Origin: a virus
IMG/VR virus record: IMGVR_UViG_3300030085_004825
Coordinates: 32,001-96,000 of that record
DNA: 64,000 nt
Reading direction: 5' to 3' (one strand)
Shown: one piece after another, positions 9,092-18,608 of the stretch
Position numbering within the stretch: position 1 is the first letter of the stretch
How the letters are laid out: every line of letters begins with the position of its first letter
Translations under genes and position numbers: made by a program
The notes under the pieces: model-generated
What the model saw: the letters and a program-made list of their open reading frames with translations, nothing else
What the model was told of the DNA's origin: nothing
The model's database searches: none

Positions 9092-9622
9092 ATGAAAATA
9101 GGTTTTTGTGGTACAATGAGTGTAGGTAAAACTACATTAGTTAATGAACTAAAAAAATTACCTGAATTTAAGGATTATAAATTTGCTACTGAGCGTAGTG
9201 AGTATTTAAGAGATTTAGGTATTCCTTTAAATACTGACTCTACAATTAAGGGTCAAATAATATTTTTAGCAGAACGATCTTCTGAATTGTTACAAGAAAA
9301 CATTATAACAGATAGAACTATAGTAGATGTTATAGCATTTACAAAATCTGCAAAATCTATTTCTTGGACTCAAGGAAAACAATTTCAAGAATTAGCTAAA
9401 AATTTAATTAATGATTATGATTATTTATTTTATGTTTCTCCTAAAGGTGTAGAATTAGAAGATAATGGAGTTAGAACAATAGATAAAGAATATCGAAAAG
9501 AAATTGATGAATCAATTAAAACCATAATAGGTGATAAATTAGGTAAACACCCTAAATACACAGAAATATCTGGTTCTACTGAAGAAAGAATTAAAAAAAT
9601 TAAACAAGTAATATTTTCTTAA
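9092..9622 (+). CDS. P-loop ATPase/nucleotide kinase (NadR/AAA_28-like)
   Basis: GTMSVGKTT Walker A, ITDRT..D, YDYLFYV, EDNGVR. Confidence 0.82.
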   Translation: MKIGFCGTMSVGKTTLVNELKKLPEFKDYKFATERSEYLRDLGIPLNTDSTIKGQIIFLAERSSELLQENIITDRTIVDVIAFTKSAKSISWTQGKQFQELAKNLINDYDYLFYVSPKGVELEDNGVRTIDKEYRKEIDESIKTIIGDKLGKHPKYTEISGSTEERIKKIKQVIFS

Positions 9623-9650
9623 TATTTATAAATAAATAAAAATATACATA

Positions 9651-10454
9651 ATGAAAAAATCTCGTTTACTTGAAATTATTCGTGAAGAAATTTCCTCAAC
9701 TTTAAGTGAAGTTCCTTTCCCTGATGGACCTCTTGATGTTAAAAATCCTGAAGATATAGCAACTCGCCCTGAAGAGCGTGATGAAAAACCTCTTCAAGAT
9801 GCTATTAAAAGTGCTGTAGATATATTAAAAGCAGAATACCCAAATTTAACTAATGATGATTTAGCTAAATTAATTACTAAAGTTAATTCTGATAAAAATA
9901 GACAAGCTGATAAAGACATCAAACAAAAAACATCAGATGGAGAAACTCTAGAAATAGCAGCGGATTCTCAAATTGGAAAAGATTACAAAGCTGCTTTAAA
10001 TGCTATAGCAGATACTATAGAAGATCAAGCTGAAATATACCAAACAAATAAAATTGATGGTTTAATTAGTCAAAAAGGTGTTGATGCTAAAACAGTAGAG
10101 AGATTAGAAAAATTAAAAGAAAGAGGATATACTTATACTTTAGGATTTCCACAAACTTTAAAAGCAGTTGAAAGGGCAGTAGGTGGAGGTGCAACTAGAA
10201 AACCTTCTAAACCAAAAGCAGAAAAAGCAACAGCAACAGAACCAAAAGCAGAAAAAACAACAGCTTCTGAACCTAAAAATGATAGTTTATCTGATTTAAA
10301 AGATGAAGTAGCTAAAGTTACTACAAATATGAAAGATTTAGCTAAAAAATTCTCAAAAGCTGAAGGAGAAGAAAAAGAAGATTTAAAAAATCAACTTAAA
10401 GATCTAAACAAAAAGAAAAAAGAATTAGAAAAAGAATTAGAAAAACAACTGTAA
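9651..10454 (+). CDS. Charged coiled-coil protein; putative head-internal protein
   Basis: Leader MKKSRLLEIIREEISSTLSE; ATATTTATA at 9622; PKAEK repeat and coiled-coil C-terminus. Confidence 0.7.
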   Translation: MKKSRLLEIIREEISSTLSEVPFPDGPLDVKNPEDIATRPEERDEKPLQDAIKSAVDILKAEYPNLTNDDLAKLITKVNSDKNRQADKDIKQKTSDGETLEIAADSQIGKDYKAALNAIADTIEDQAEIYQTNKIDGLISQKGVDAKTVERLEKLKERGYTYTLGFPQTLKAVERAVGGGATRKPSKPKAEKATATEPKAEKTTASEPKNDSLSDLKDEVAKVTTNMKDLAKKFSKAEGEEKEDLKNQLKDLNKKKKELEKELEKQL

Positions 10455-10467
10455 AAAAGTTTTTTTC

Positions 10468-10827
10468 ATGAATAGGGAAGTTAAATTGAAGTTATGGCAT
10501 ATTTTAATATGTGTAACTGTTTTTATACTTTTATTATATTTTACTATTACTACAATAACATCACCTGTTAAAGTTGGAGATTATACTAAACAAAAGCAAA
10601 AGATAGATAGTTTAAATGTTGTTATACTTGGATTAGAAGATAAACAATTGGAATTAAATAAATCTATTATATACCAACAAAATGAAATTGTTATTTTAAA
10701 TAAACAAATTGATAGTACAAATATAGAAATAGTAAAAGTAAAAGAACATTATGGTAAAAAAATTAAAAATATTACTACTTATACTCCTACTCAACTCGAT
10801 AAGTTTTTCACAGAAAGATACCAATAA
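10468..10827 (+). CDS. Membrane-anchored coiled-coil protein (i-spanin-like)
   Basis: N-terminal TM helix (HILICVTVFILLLYFTI) followed by heptad-rich domain. Confidence 0.55.
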   Translation: MNREVKLKLWHILICVTVFILLLYFTITTITSPVKVGDYTKQKQKIDSLNVVILGLEDKQLELNKSIIYQQNEIVILNKQIDSTNIEIVKVKEHYGKKIKNITTYTPTQLDKFFTERYQ

Positions 10828-11179
10828 AATTTGTTTTGATTATAATATTGCTAAAAAAATAGCAGTTGATTTAACTAAAGGTGACTCCGCAATTGCAGAA
10901 CTAACCAAAACCAACCAGTTAATTTTAGAATTAAATGAAAAATCTATTAGACAAGATAGTGTTATAAAAGATTTTGAAACTAAAGATTACAACTATATTC
11001 TTCAAATTGAAAATCATGTTCAAATAAATGAACAAAATTCTTTAATTGTTAAAGGGTTAGAAAAAGATGTTAGTAAATTACAAAAATCAAATAATAGATT
11101 AAAAAAAGGTCTTAAATTTTTAGGTGGAGGTTTTTTGGCTATTTTAACTCCTTTAATTATATTAATAGTACTTAAATAA
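10751..11179 (+). CDS. Exported coiled-coil protein with C-terminal TM helix (possible spanin partner)
   Basis: Signal peptide ...SISFS/Q, coiled coil, C-terminal FLGGGFLAILTPLIILIVL; overlaps the upstream gene by 77 nt. Confidence 0.55.
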   Translation: MVKKLKILLLILLLNSISFSQKDTNKICFDYNIAKKIAVDLTKGDSAIAELTKTNQLILELNEKSIRQDSVIKDFETKDYNYILQIENHVQINEQNSLIVKGLEKDVSKLQKSNNRLKKGLKFLGGGFLAILTPLIILIVLK

Positions 11180-11180
11180 A

Positions 11181-12764
11181 ATGAGCCAAGATCTTAAACA
11201 GAAAATACGAGAAGAATATGTAAAATGTGCTGCTTCCCCTGCATATTTTATGCGTAAGTATTGTTATATTCAACACCCTAAACGTGGAAGAATTCAATTT
11301 AATTTATACCCTTTTCAAGATAAAGTATTAACTTTATTTCAAGAAAATCCTTATTCTATTGTTTTAAAATCTAGACAGTTAGGTATATCTACTTTGACTG
11401 CAGGTTATTCATTATGGATGATGTTATTTAACCAAGATAAAAATATACTCTGTATAGCAACAAAACAAGAAACTGCTAAAAACATGGTTACTAAGGTTAA
11501 ATTTATGTACGATAATTTACCTTCATGGCTTAAAGAAAAACAAAAACCTTCTGAAGATAATAAATTAACTCTTAGACTAAATAATGGCTCCCAAATAAAA
11601 GCCACTTCAGCAAGTTCAGACGCTGGTCGATCAGAAGCAGTTTCTTTATTAATAATTGATGAGGCAGCTTTTATTAACAACATAGGTGAAATATGGGCTT
11701 CAGCACAACAAACATTAGCAACAGGAGGTGGTTGTATAGCATTATCTACCCCTTATGGTACTGGAAATTGGTTTCATAAAACATGGGTTGCAGCTGAATT
11801 AGGTGATAATAGTTTTTTACCTATTAGGTTACCTTGGGAAGTTCATCCTGAACGAAACCAAGCCTGGAGGGATCAACAAGATGCAGATTTAGGAACAAGA
11901 ATGGCAGCACAAGAATGTGATTGTGATTTTTCTACTTCTGGTGATACTGTTTTTTATGCTGAAAATGTTGATTACTATGAAAAAGAATGTATTAGAGAAC
12001 CATTAGAAAAACGTGGATTAGATAAAAATTTGTGGATATGGGAACCGGTTGATTATTCAAGAGATTATTTAGTTGTAGCTGATGTTGCTCGTGGCGATGG
12101 GAAAGATTACTCAGCGTTTCATGTGTTTGATGTTGAAACATTTACACAAGTTGCTGAATATAAAGGTCAAATGGGTACTAAAGATTTTGGTAATTTATTA
12201 GTTGGTATAGCAACTGAGTACAATAATGCTTTACTTGCACCTGAAAATTCAAGTATAGGATGGTCAACTATTCAAACTATCCTTGATAGAGGTTATCAAA
12301 ATTTGTATCATTCACCTAAAGGTAACAGTATGTCTGTAGATAACTATTTTGATCCTTATATGGATTACAGTAAAATGACACCTGGGTTTACAATGGCTTC
12401 AAATACTAGACCAATAGCAATTGGTAAATTTCAAGAGGCAGTACGAGATCGTGGTGTTATGTTTAGATCTGTGCGACTATTAGAAGAAATGAAAGTATTT
12501 ATATGGAGAAATGGTAGAGCTGAAGCCCAAACAGGGTATAATGATGATTTAGTTTTATCTTTTTCTATAGGCTGTTATTTAAGAGAAACAGCATTTAAGT
12601 TAAGACAACAAGGAATGGATATGGCTAAAAGTATGTTAAATAATGTTAGTAATAACGCTTCACCCTATGCAGGTGGATATTCTAATAATAGTACTTTTAA
12701 AAATCCTTATAAAATAGATAACCCTTACTCAAACGGTCAAGAAGATATTTCTTGGTTATTATAA
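11181..12764 (+). CDS. terL: Terminase large subunit (T4 gp17-like)
   Basis: LKSRQLGIST Walker A, LLIIDEAAF Walker B, STPYG, nuclease DVARGDGKDYS and NDDLV. Confidence 0.97.
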   Translation: MSQDLKQKIREEYVKCAASPAYFMRKYCYIQHPKRGRIQFNLYPFQDKVLTLFQENPYSIVLKSRQLGISTLTAGYSLWMMLFNQDKNILCIATKQETAKNMVTKVKFMYDNLPSWLKEKQKPSEDNKLTLRLNNGSQIKATSASSDAGRSEAVSLLIIDEAAFINNIGEIWASAQQTLATGGGCIALSTPYGTGNWFHKTWVAAELGDNSFLPIRLPWEVHPERNQAWRDQQDADLGTRMAAQECDCDFSTSGDTVFYAENVDYYEKECIREPLEKRGLDKNLWIWEPVDYSRDYLVVADVARGDGKDYSAFHVFDVETFTQVAEYKGQMGTKDFGNLLVGIATEYNNALLAPENSSIGWSTIQTILDRGYQNLYHSPKGNSMSVDNYFDPYMDYSKMTPGFTMASNTRPIAIGKFQEAVRDRGVMFRSVRLLEEMKVFIWRNGRAEAQTGYNDDLVLSFSIGCYLRETAFKLRQQGMDMAKSMLNNVSNNASPYAGGYSNNSTFKNPYKIDNPYSNGQEDISWLL

Positions 12765-12776
12765 AAAAATAAAAAA

Positions 12777-14684
12777 ATGGCAGATACTGGATTATTTGGT
12801 AGATTAAAAAGATTATTTTCAACTGATGTAATTATTAGGAATGATGGTGAAGACCAATTAAAAGTAGTTGATATAAATAAAGTTCAAGTTTCAGGTGAAT
12901 ATGAAACAAATGCTTTAATAGATAGATTTAATAGAATTTATACTAATTCTAATACTTCAATTTATGGTTATCAAAGTAGTTTTAACTACTTAATGTTAAG
13001 ACCTCAATTATATTCTGAATATGATGCAATGGATACTGACGCTATTATAGCTTCTGCTTTAGACATTATTTCAGATGAATGTACTTTAAAAAATGATATG
13101 GGGGAAGTACTCCAAATTAAAAGTTCAGATGAAGATGTTCAAAAAATTCTATATAACTTATTTTATGATGTATTAAATATAGAATTTAATTTATGGCCTT
13201 GGATTAGAAATATGTGTAAATATGGGGATTTCTTTTTAAAATTAGAAATTTCTGAAAAATTTGGTGTTTATAATGTTATACCTTACAATGCATTTCATAT
13301 AGAAAGACAGGATGGTTTTGACCCTGATAGACCTGCTGATGTAAGATATAGATTTGATCCAGATGGCATTAACCAAGCATATGGCCAATACTCAGTACCT
13401 ACTTCTAATTATCAAAATAATGATAACGACAAAGCTATCTATTTTGATAACTATGAAGTAGCACACTTTAGGTTACTTTCAGATACTAATTTTTTACCCT
13501 ATGGTAGATCATATTTAGAACCTGGTCGTAAATTATTTAAACAATATACAATGATGGAAGATGCTATGTTAATTCATAGAATCGTCCGTGCTCCTGAAAA
13601 ACGTATATTTTATATTAATGTTGGAAATATTGCACCTGCTGAAGTAGAAAACTTTATGCAAAAGACAATATCAAAAATGAAACGCACCCCTTACATTGAC
13701 CAAGAATCAGGTGATTATAATTTAAAATATAACATGCAAAACTTACTTGAAGATTTTTATATACCAGTAAGAGGCAATGATCAAGCAACTAAAATAGATA
13801 ATTTAGGTGGGTTACAATATGATGGAATTCAAGATGTAGAGTATTTAAGAGATAAATTATTTGCTGCTCTTAAAGTACCTAAAGCATTTATGGGTTATGA
13901 AAAGGATTTAACTGGTAAAGCTACATTAGCAGCTGAAGATATTAGGTTTGCTCGTACAATTGAACGTATACAAAGAATTATAGTTTCTGAACTTAATAAA
14001 ATTGCTTTGGTTCATTTGTATGCTCAAGGTTATAAAGATGATGCTTTAGTAAATTTTGAACTTTCATTAACTAACCCTTCTGTAATTTATGATCAAGAAA
14101 GAGTAGCTTTAATGAGGGATAAAGTAGATTTAGCTAACTCAATAGTAGAAAATAAGTTAATGCCTACTGATTTTATTTATGAACATATATTCCATTTAAG
14201 TGAAGATGAATATGAAGAATATCGTTCTTTAAATGTACAAGATGCTAAACGTAAATTTAGATTAGCTCAAATTGAAAATGAAGGTAATGATCCTCGTGAA
14301 ACAGGAAAATCTTATGGAACACCTCATGATTTAGCTTCATTGTATGGCAGAAATAGGTATGATGGTGGAGAAGTACCTGAAGGGTATGATGAAGATAAAG
14401 AAGCGTTAGGGAGACCAAAAGAAAAAACGTCTAATAGAAATACACAAGATAATGCTTTTGGTAAAGATAGAATAGGAGCTATTGGAATGAAAAAAGATAA
14501 TGATGAATCTGATTCAATAAAGCCTAACTATAAAGGTGGATCTCCTTTAGCTTTAGAAACAAAAAAGAAACGAAATAAAAATCTTAAAATGTTTAATGAC
14601 ATCAAAAACCAGAAAAAACAAATGATATTTGAAAAAGAAATTAAAGGAAATTCATTATTAGATGAAAATCAAATAAAACAATAA
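12777..14684 (+). CDS. Portal protein (T4 gp20-like)
   Basis: MEDAMLIHRIVRAPEKRIFYINVGN, EDFYIPVRG, YLRDKLFAALKVPK; follows the terminase. Confidence 0.96.
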   Translation: MADTGLFGRLKRLFSTDVIIRNDGEDQLKVVDINKVQVSGEYETNALIDRFNRIYTNSNTSIYGYQSSFNYLMLRPQLYSEYDAMDTDAIIASALDIISDECTLKNDMGEVLQIKSSDEDVQKILYNLFYDVLNIEFNLWPWIRNMCKYGDFFLKLEISEKFGVYNVIPYNAFHIERQDGFDPDRPADVRYRFDPDGINQAYGQYSVPTSNYQNNDNDKAIYFDNYEVAHFRLLSDTNFLPYGRSYLEPGRKLFKQYTMMEDAMLIHRIVRAPEKRIFYINVGNIAPAEVENFMQKTISKMKRTPYIDQESGDYNLKYNMQNLLEDFYIPVRGNDQATKIDNLGGLQYDGIQDVEYLRDKLFAALKVPKAFMGYEKDLTGKATLAAEDIRFARTIERIQRIIVSELNKIALVHLYAQGYKDDALVNFELSLTNPSVIYDQERVALMRDKVDLANSIVENKLMPTDFIYEHIFHLSEDEYEEYRSLNVQDAKRKFRLAQIENEGNDPRETGKSYGTPHDLASLYGRNRYDGGEVPEGYDEDKEALGRPKEKTSNRNTQDNAFGKDRIGAIGMKKDNDESDSIKPNYKGGSPLALETKKKRNKNLKMFNDIKNQKKQMIFEKEIKGNSLLDENQIKQ

Positions 14685-14724
14685 TAAATTTTTATATATT
14701 TATAAATAAATAAACTTATTAAGA

Positions 14725-15579
14725 ATGCAAATTAAACATTCAAAGTATAAAAACACAGGTATTTTATTTGAATTATTAGTACGTCAAATTACAACGGATA
14801 CTTTAGAAAATAAAACTTCACCTGCTAAAGATATATTACAAAAATATTTTGTAAAATCTGAATTAGGAAGAGAATATAGACTATATGAATCTCTTTTAAA
14901 AAAAACCTCATTAACTGAAGCTAAAGCCTCTATTACAGTTTCTACTTTAGTTGAATCATCTAAATCATTAAATAGAGGAGCTATTAAAAGACAAAAATAC
15001 AATCTTATTAATGAAATTAAAAAACATTATGATTTAACACACTTTTTTAATCATAAACTTCCTAATTATAAGCCTTTTGCTGCATTTTATACTTTACTAG
15101 AATTAAATAATTCTACCACCCCAAACCCAGAACAATTAATTCAAAATAAAATTACTATTTTAGAACATTTAACTGTTGCTTCTATTAAAGAAAGTAAAGT
15201 TAGAGATGAGGTAATGGATGAAGTAAATAAATCTGATAAAGATACTAAACTTCTTACTTATAAAATTTTAATGGAAAAATTTAATGGTAAGTACGATAAT
15301 TTAGCATCAAAACAGAAATTAATTCTTAAAGAATATATTAACTCAATTGATAATGCTCCTCGTTTAAAAAGATTTTATACAGATAAAATATATGAAATTA
15401 AAAAGGAATTATTAGATTTAAATAAAGGTACTAAAAATAAAGTTACTAAAATAAAAATTGCTGAAGTTGTTTCTTTAATTAAGGTTCCATCTAAAAACTA
15501 TAAACTTAAAGATAAAGATTTAGTTGATTTATTGCAATATTGTGATTTAATAGACGAATTAGAAACAGCTAATGGATAG
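14725..15579 (+). CDS. Head-cluster helical protein of unknown function
   Basis: 284 aa between portal and protease; ATATTTATA at 14696. Confidence 0.7.
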   Translation: MQIKHSKYKNTGILFELLVRQITTDTLENKTSPAKDILQKYFVKSELGREYRLYESLLKKTSLTEAKASITVSTLVESSKSLNRGAIKRQKYNLINEIKKHYDLTHFFNHKLPNYKPFAAFYTLLELNNSTTPNPEQLIQNKITILEHLTVASIKESKVRDEVMDEVNKSDKDTKLLTYKILMEKFNGKYDNLASKQKLILKEYINSIDNAPRLKRFYTDKIYEIKKELLDLNKGTKNKVTKIKIAEVVSLIKVPSKNYKLKDKDLVDLLQYCDLIDELETANG

Positions 15580-16003
15580 AATTAAAGAAATAGTAAGAAA
15601 AAAATTAAAAGAAATGTCCGCTACTAACCAAAGTGGCGCTTCTTTTACCCCAGGTGAAGGGGCTAACTATGCTACTCCAACAGTTTTTAATAAAAATAAA
15701 AACGCTAAAGGAGCTAAAAATATTTATTATTATAAATTAGGATTTAAAAATGTTCCTAATATAAAACCTAAATCATACGACAAGAAAAAATTATGGGAAA
15801 TGAATGATTTCCAAAAACAACGTATAGCTGGGTTAGATGAAATTGAAAAATTAATGAATGAAATAACACCATTAGTTTCTAATGCAAAAAATGATACAAT
15901 TGAATTATATGGTGGAAACGTTGGTTCATATGATATCACACAACCAATAGAAATAGTTAAAAGCTATTTAAAAGAAATAAAAGAACTACTAACAGAAAAA
16001 TAA
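15572..16003 (+). CDS. Hypothetical head-associated protein
   Basis: Leader MDRIKEIVRKKLKE; located in the head cluster. Confidence 0.65.
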   Translation: MDRIKEIVRKKLKEMSATNQSGASFTPGEGANYATPTVFNKNKNAKGAKNIYYYKLGFKNVPNIKPKSYDKKKLWEMNDFQKQRIAGLDEIEKLMNEITPLVSNAKNDTIELYGGNVGSYDITQPIEIVKSYLKEIKELLTEK

Positions 16004-17851
16004 ATGAAAAAGACATTACAAGACCAGTATTTGTTAATTAAAGAAGGTAAAGGCCACAAAGACGTCTTTATTAAGGAAGCTAAACGACAGTTTCCTGGTT
16101 TAATTCGTAACGCTGCTACATATACAGAAGTAGCAAATGTACTTAAAACTAAAAATCTTATTAATGAAAACGTTGTTGGTTTAGAACCAATTAACCAATT
16201 ACAACCTTCTAAAAAAGAATCATTTGAAGTTGCTTTTGAAAACTTTTTAGCTGAAGCAAAGAAAGAACATTTTGATGATGAAAAAGCTGAACTTAAAAAA
16301 CCTTCAAAACAAGTAGAAGAAGATGCTGAAAAGAATTTTGACTATGAGGATAAGAAAAATCCTGATAATTTAATTTTTGATCAGATTATGAAAGGATACT
16401 ACACTGAAATGAAAGATCCTAAAAATGAAAATAAAACAATGGAACAATTAAAAGCCATTGTAATTAAAAATCTTGAAAAAAATCCTATATATTACACTGA
16501 AAAAGGTCAATTCGGTGTAAAAGATTTAGGGTATGCAGTAGACCATCCTGGTTTAGGTGAACCAAAAGAACCTAAAGGAAAATACAAGTCAAGTGGATAC
16601 GGTGATTTAAAAGAGTCTATTCAACCAAAACTTAAAAAAGATGAAGCATCTAAATTATTTGATTACCATGAAAGAACAGGAATACTTCCCCAAGATATAA
16701 CTCCAGAAGAATATAATGAAATAATGTCATATTATGGTATTAAAAGAGATAATGAGGATTTTACTGACCCTTCAGGTGGGAGTGGTTTACATAGCCACTT
16801 AGAAGAAGCTAAATTGCGTAAAGTAATCCGTGAAATGGTTGATTCTGAATTAGAAGAAATGATCAACATCAACCCAGTAAGTGGTGGTGGTGGTAGACGA
16901 AAAATACCTACAAATTATCTTTTACCTGATTCAATTATTAGTAAACTTAATTTAAGTAACCCAGGCCCTAATGCCCCTACATATGATGAATCAGCACAAA
17001 TTCCCCACATTAAAGTATTTTCTAAAGGTGAAGAGGTAATTCTTGCTATATCTGATTTAATGTATATTGCTTTAAAAGGAGTAACAAGAGGTAGATCTAC
17101 AAGAGCTCAAAATGTTGCTAAAGCTACCTTACAAAAAATCCAAGATAATTTTACTGAAAAAGATTGGCCAGCAATTAGAGCATTAATCAAGAAATTTACT
17201 GATGACAGAATTTCAGAATTACCAGTTAAAGGACAAATGAGACCTTACCATATGGTATCCTTCCCTGAGGGGTATTCATTAAAAATAGTTGATGATGGTA
17301 TAATGATAGACTTACCCCCCTATAAACCAGATACTCTACCAGAAGCTAAAATACGAAAAGTAATTAAAGAAAATGTTAATAAAGAATTAGCTGAAATTAA
17401 TAAATTAGCTGAATATGAAGTGTATGAATCTAAATTAGCTAAAATTATGGAGTTAATTGAAAAGAAAAATTCATTTCTTGAAAGAATTAACGAAGATGAA
17501 GACATGAAAGCTTTAACTGATAAAAAGAAAGTTAAAGAACTTAAAAAAGATGTTAAAATTTTAGAAAGAGCTAAAGCTAAAATTGAAAAAGCACTTGCTA
17601 AAGAAGCTAAAAAAATTAAATCTATTCCTAAAAAAGAAGTAATTGATGAAGATGAACCACTTGAAGAATTTGATAATTCTACTGAACAAGCTAAAGAATT
17701 AGATCAAACAGTTGGAGAATTAAACCCAGAAATAGAAAAATTAAAAGATACTATTGATTCTCTTGAAGAAAACTATTCTGAACCATCTGATGAAGATGAA
17801 GACGTAGAGCCGGATTGGGAATGGTTAAATGATATAAGAAGAGGAAGATGA
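16004..17851 (+). CDS. Large charged head-associated protein (possible protease-processed polyprotein)
   Basis: 615 aa; two copies of EAK(L/I)RKVI(R/K)E; many LxE sites; directly upstream of the protease. Confidence 0.7.
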   Translation: MKKTLQDQYLLIKEGKGHKDVFIKEAKRQFPGLIRNAATYTEVANVLKTKNLINENVVGLEPINQLQPSKKESFEVAFENFLAEAKKEHFDDEKAELKKPSKQVEEDAEKNFDYEDKKNPDNLIFDQIMKGYYTEMKDPKNENKTMEQLKAIVIKNLEKNPIYYTEKGQFGVKDLGYAVDHPGLGEPKEPKGKYKSSGYGDLKESIQPKLKKDEASKLFDYHERTGILPQDITPEEYNEIMSYYGIKRDNEDFTDPSGGSGLHSHLEEAKLRKVIREMVDSELEEMININPVSGGGGRRKIPTNYLLPDSIISKLNLSNPGPNAPTYDESAQIPHIKVFSKGEEVILAISDLMYIALKGVTRGRSTRAQNVAKATLQKIQDNFTEKDWPAIRALIKKFTDDRISELPVKGQMRPYHMVSFPEGYSLKIVDDGIMIDLPPYKPDTLPEAKIRKVIKENVNKELAEINKLAEYEVYESKLAKIMELIEKKNSFLERINEDEDMKALTDKKKVKELKKDVKILERAKAKIEKALAKEAKKIKSIPKKEVIDEDEPLEEFDNSTEQAKELDQTVGELNPEIEKLKDTIDSLEENYSEPSDEDEDVEPDWEWLNDIRRGR

Positions 17852-18480
17852 GTAAAGAACTCTTAATAGAAACTAGACAATTTAAACCAAGTCCTGTTCA
17901 ACTTGTAGAAGGGTTAAACAGAGGTGGAAACATTTTTGTTGAAGGTATCCTAGCTACTGTTGAAGTTAAAAACGGTAATGGTAGATACTATAAAAAAGAG
18001 TTATGGGAGCGTGAATTAGCAAACTTTCAAAAGAAAATAGATCAAAAATCAACTGAAACGTGTGGTGAATTAGATCATCCTGACTCTCAAATAATTAATT
18101 TAAAAAATGCATCGCATGCTATTAGAGAAATAAGATGGGATGGTGATGAAATTTTAGGTACTGTTGAAATATTTTGTGATCCCGGAGATAAAGGAACTGA
18201 ATCTGGCCGTATAGCAGGAGCATTAGTTAAAAATGGTTTAATTATAGGTATATCTTCTCGTGGAATGGGTTCACTAAAACAAATGGGTGAAGTAATGGAA
18301 GTACAAGATGACTTTGAATTACTTACTTGGGATTTAGTATCTAACCCATCAAACCCAGATTCTTGGATGAAAAATGGTCAATTAAATGAATCTAGATCTA
18401 CATTCCTTCATCCATATGCGCGCACTAATTCAATTATTACCGAAATATTATGCGCTAAGGGCACCTGTCCTGTAATGTAA
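17848..18480 (+). CDS. Prohead protease (T4 gp21-like)
   Basis: KNGNGRYY, GELDHPD, IGISSRGMGS, WDLVSNPS motifs. Confidence 0.96.
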   Translation: MSKELLIETRQFKPSPVQLVEGLNRGGNIFVEGILATVEVKNGNGRYYKKELWERELANFQKKIDQKSTETCGELDHPDSQIINLKNASHAIREIRWDGDEILGTVEIFCDPGDKGTESGRIAGALVKNGLIIGISSRGMGSLKQMGEVMEVQDDFELLTWDLVSNPSNPDSWMKNGQLNESRSTFLHPYARTNSIITEILCAKGTCPVM

Positions 18481-18498
18481 ATGCGACTTTAATTCCTC

Positions 18499-18580
18499 CT
18501 CATATATGTATATGAGAATATGCCACGATTCTATGTGGCATCGCAATTAATTATTCTATTACGTTTTTTAAATAAACGTA
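18499..18580 (+). promoter_or_regulatory. Palindromic late promoter plus structured leader of the scaffold/capsid operon
   Basis: CTCATATA-TG-TATATGAG inverted repeat containing ATATGTATA; hairpins ATGCCAC/GTGGCAT and TACGTTT/AAACGTA. Confidence 0.55.
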
Positions 18581-18608
18581 CTTTCCCAACAAAATAAAAT
18601 TTAGGAAA

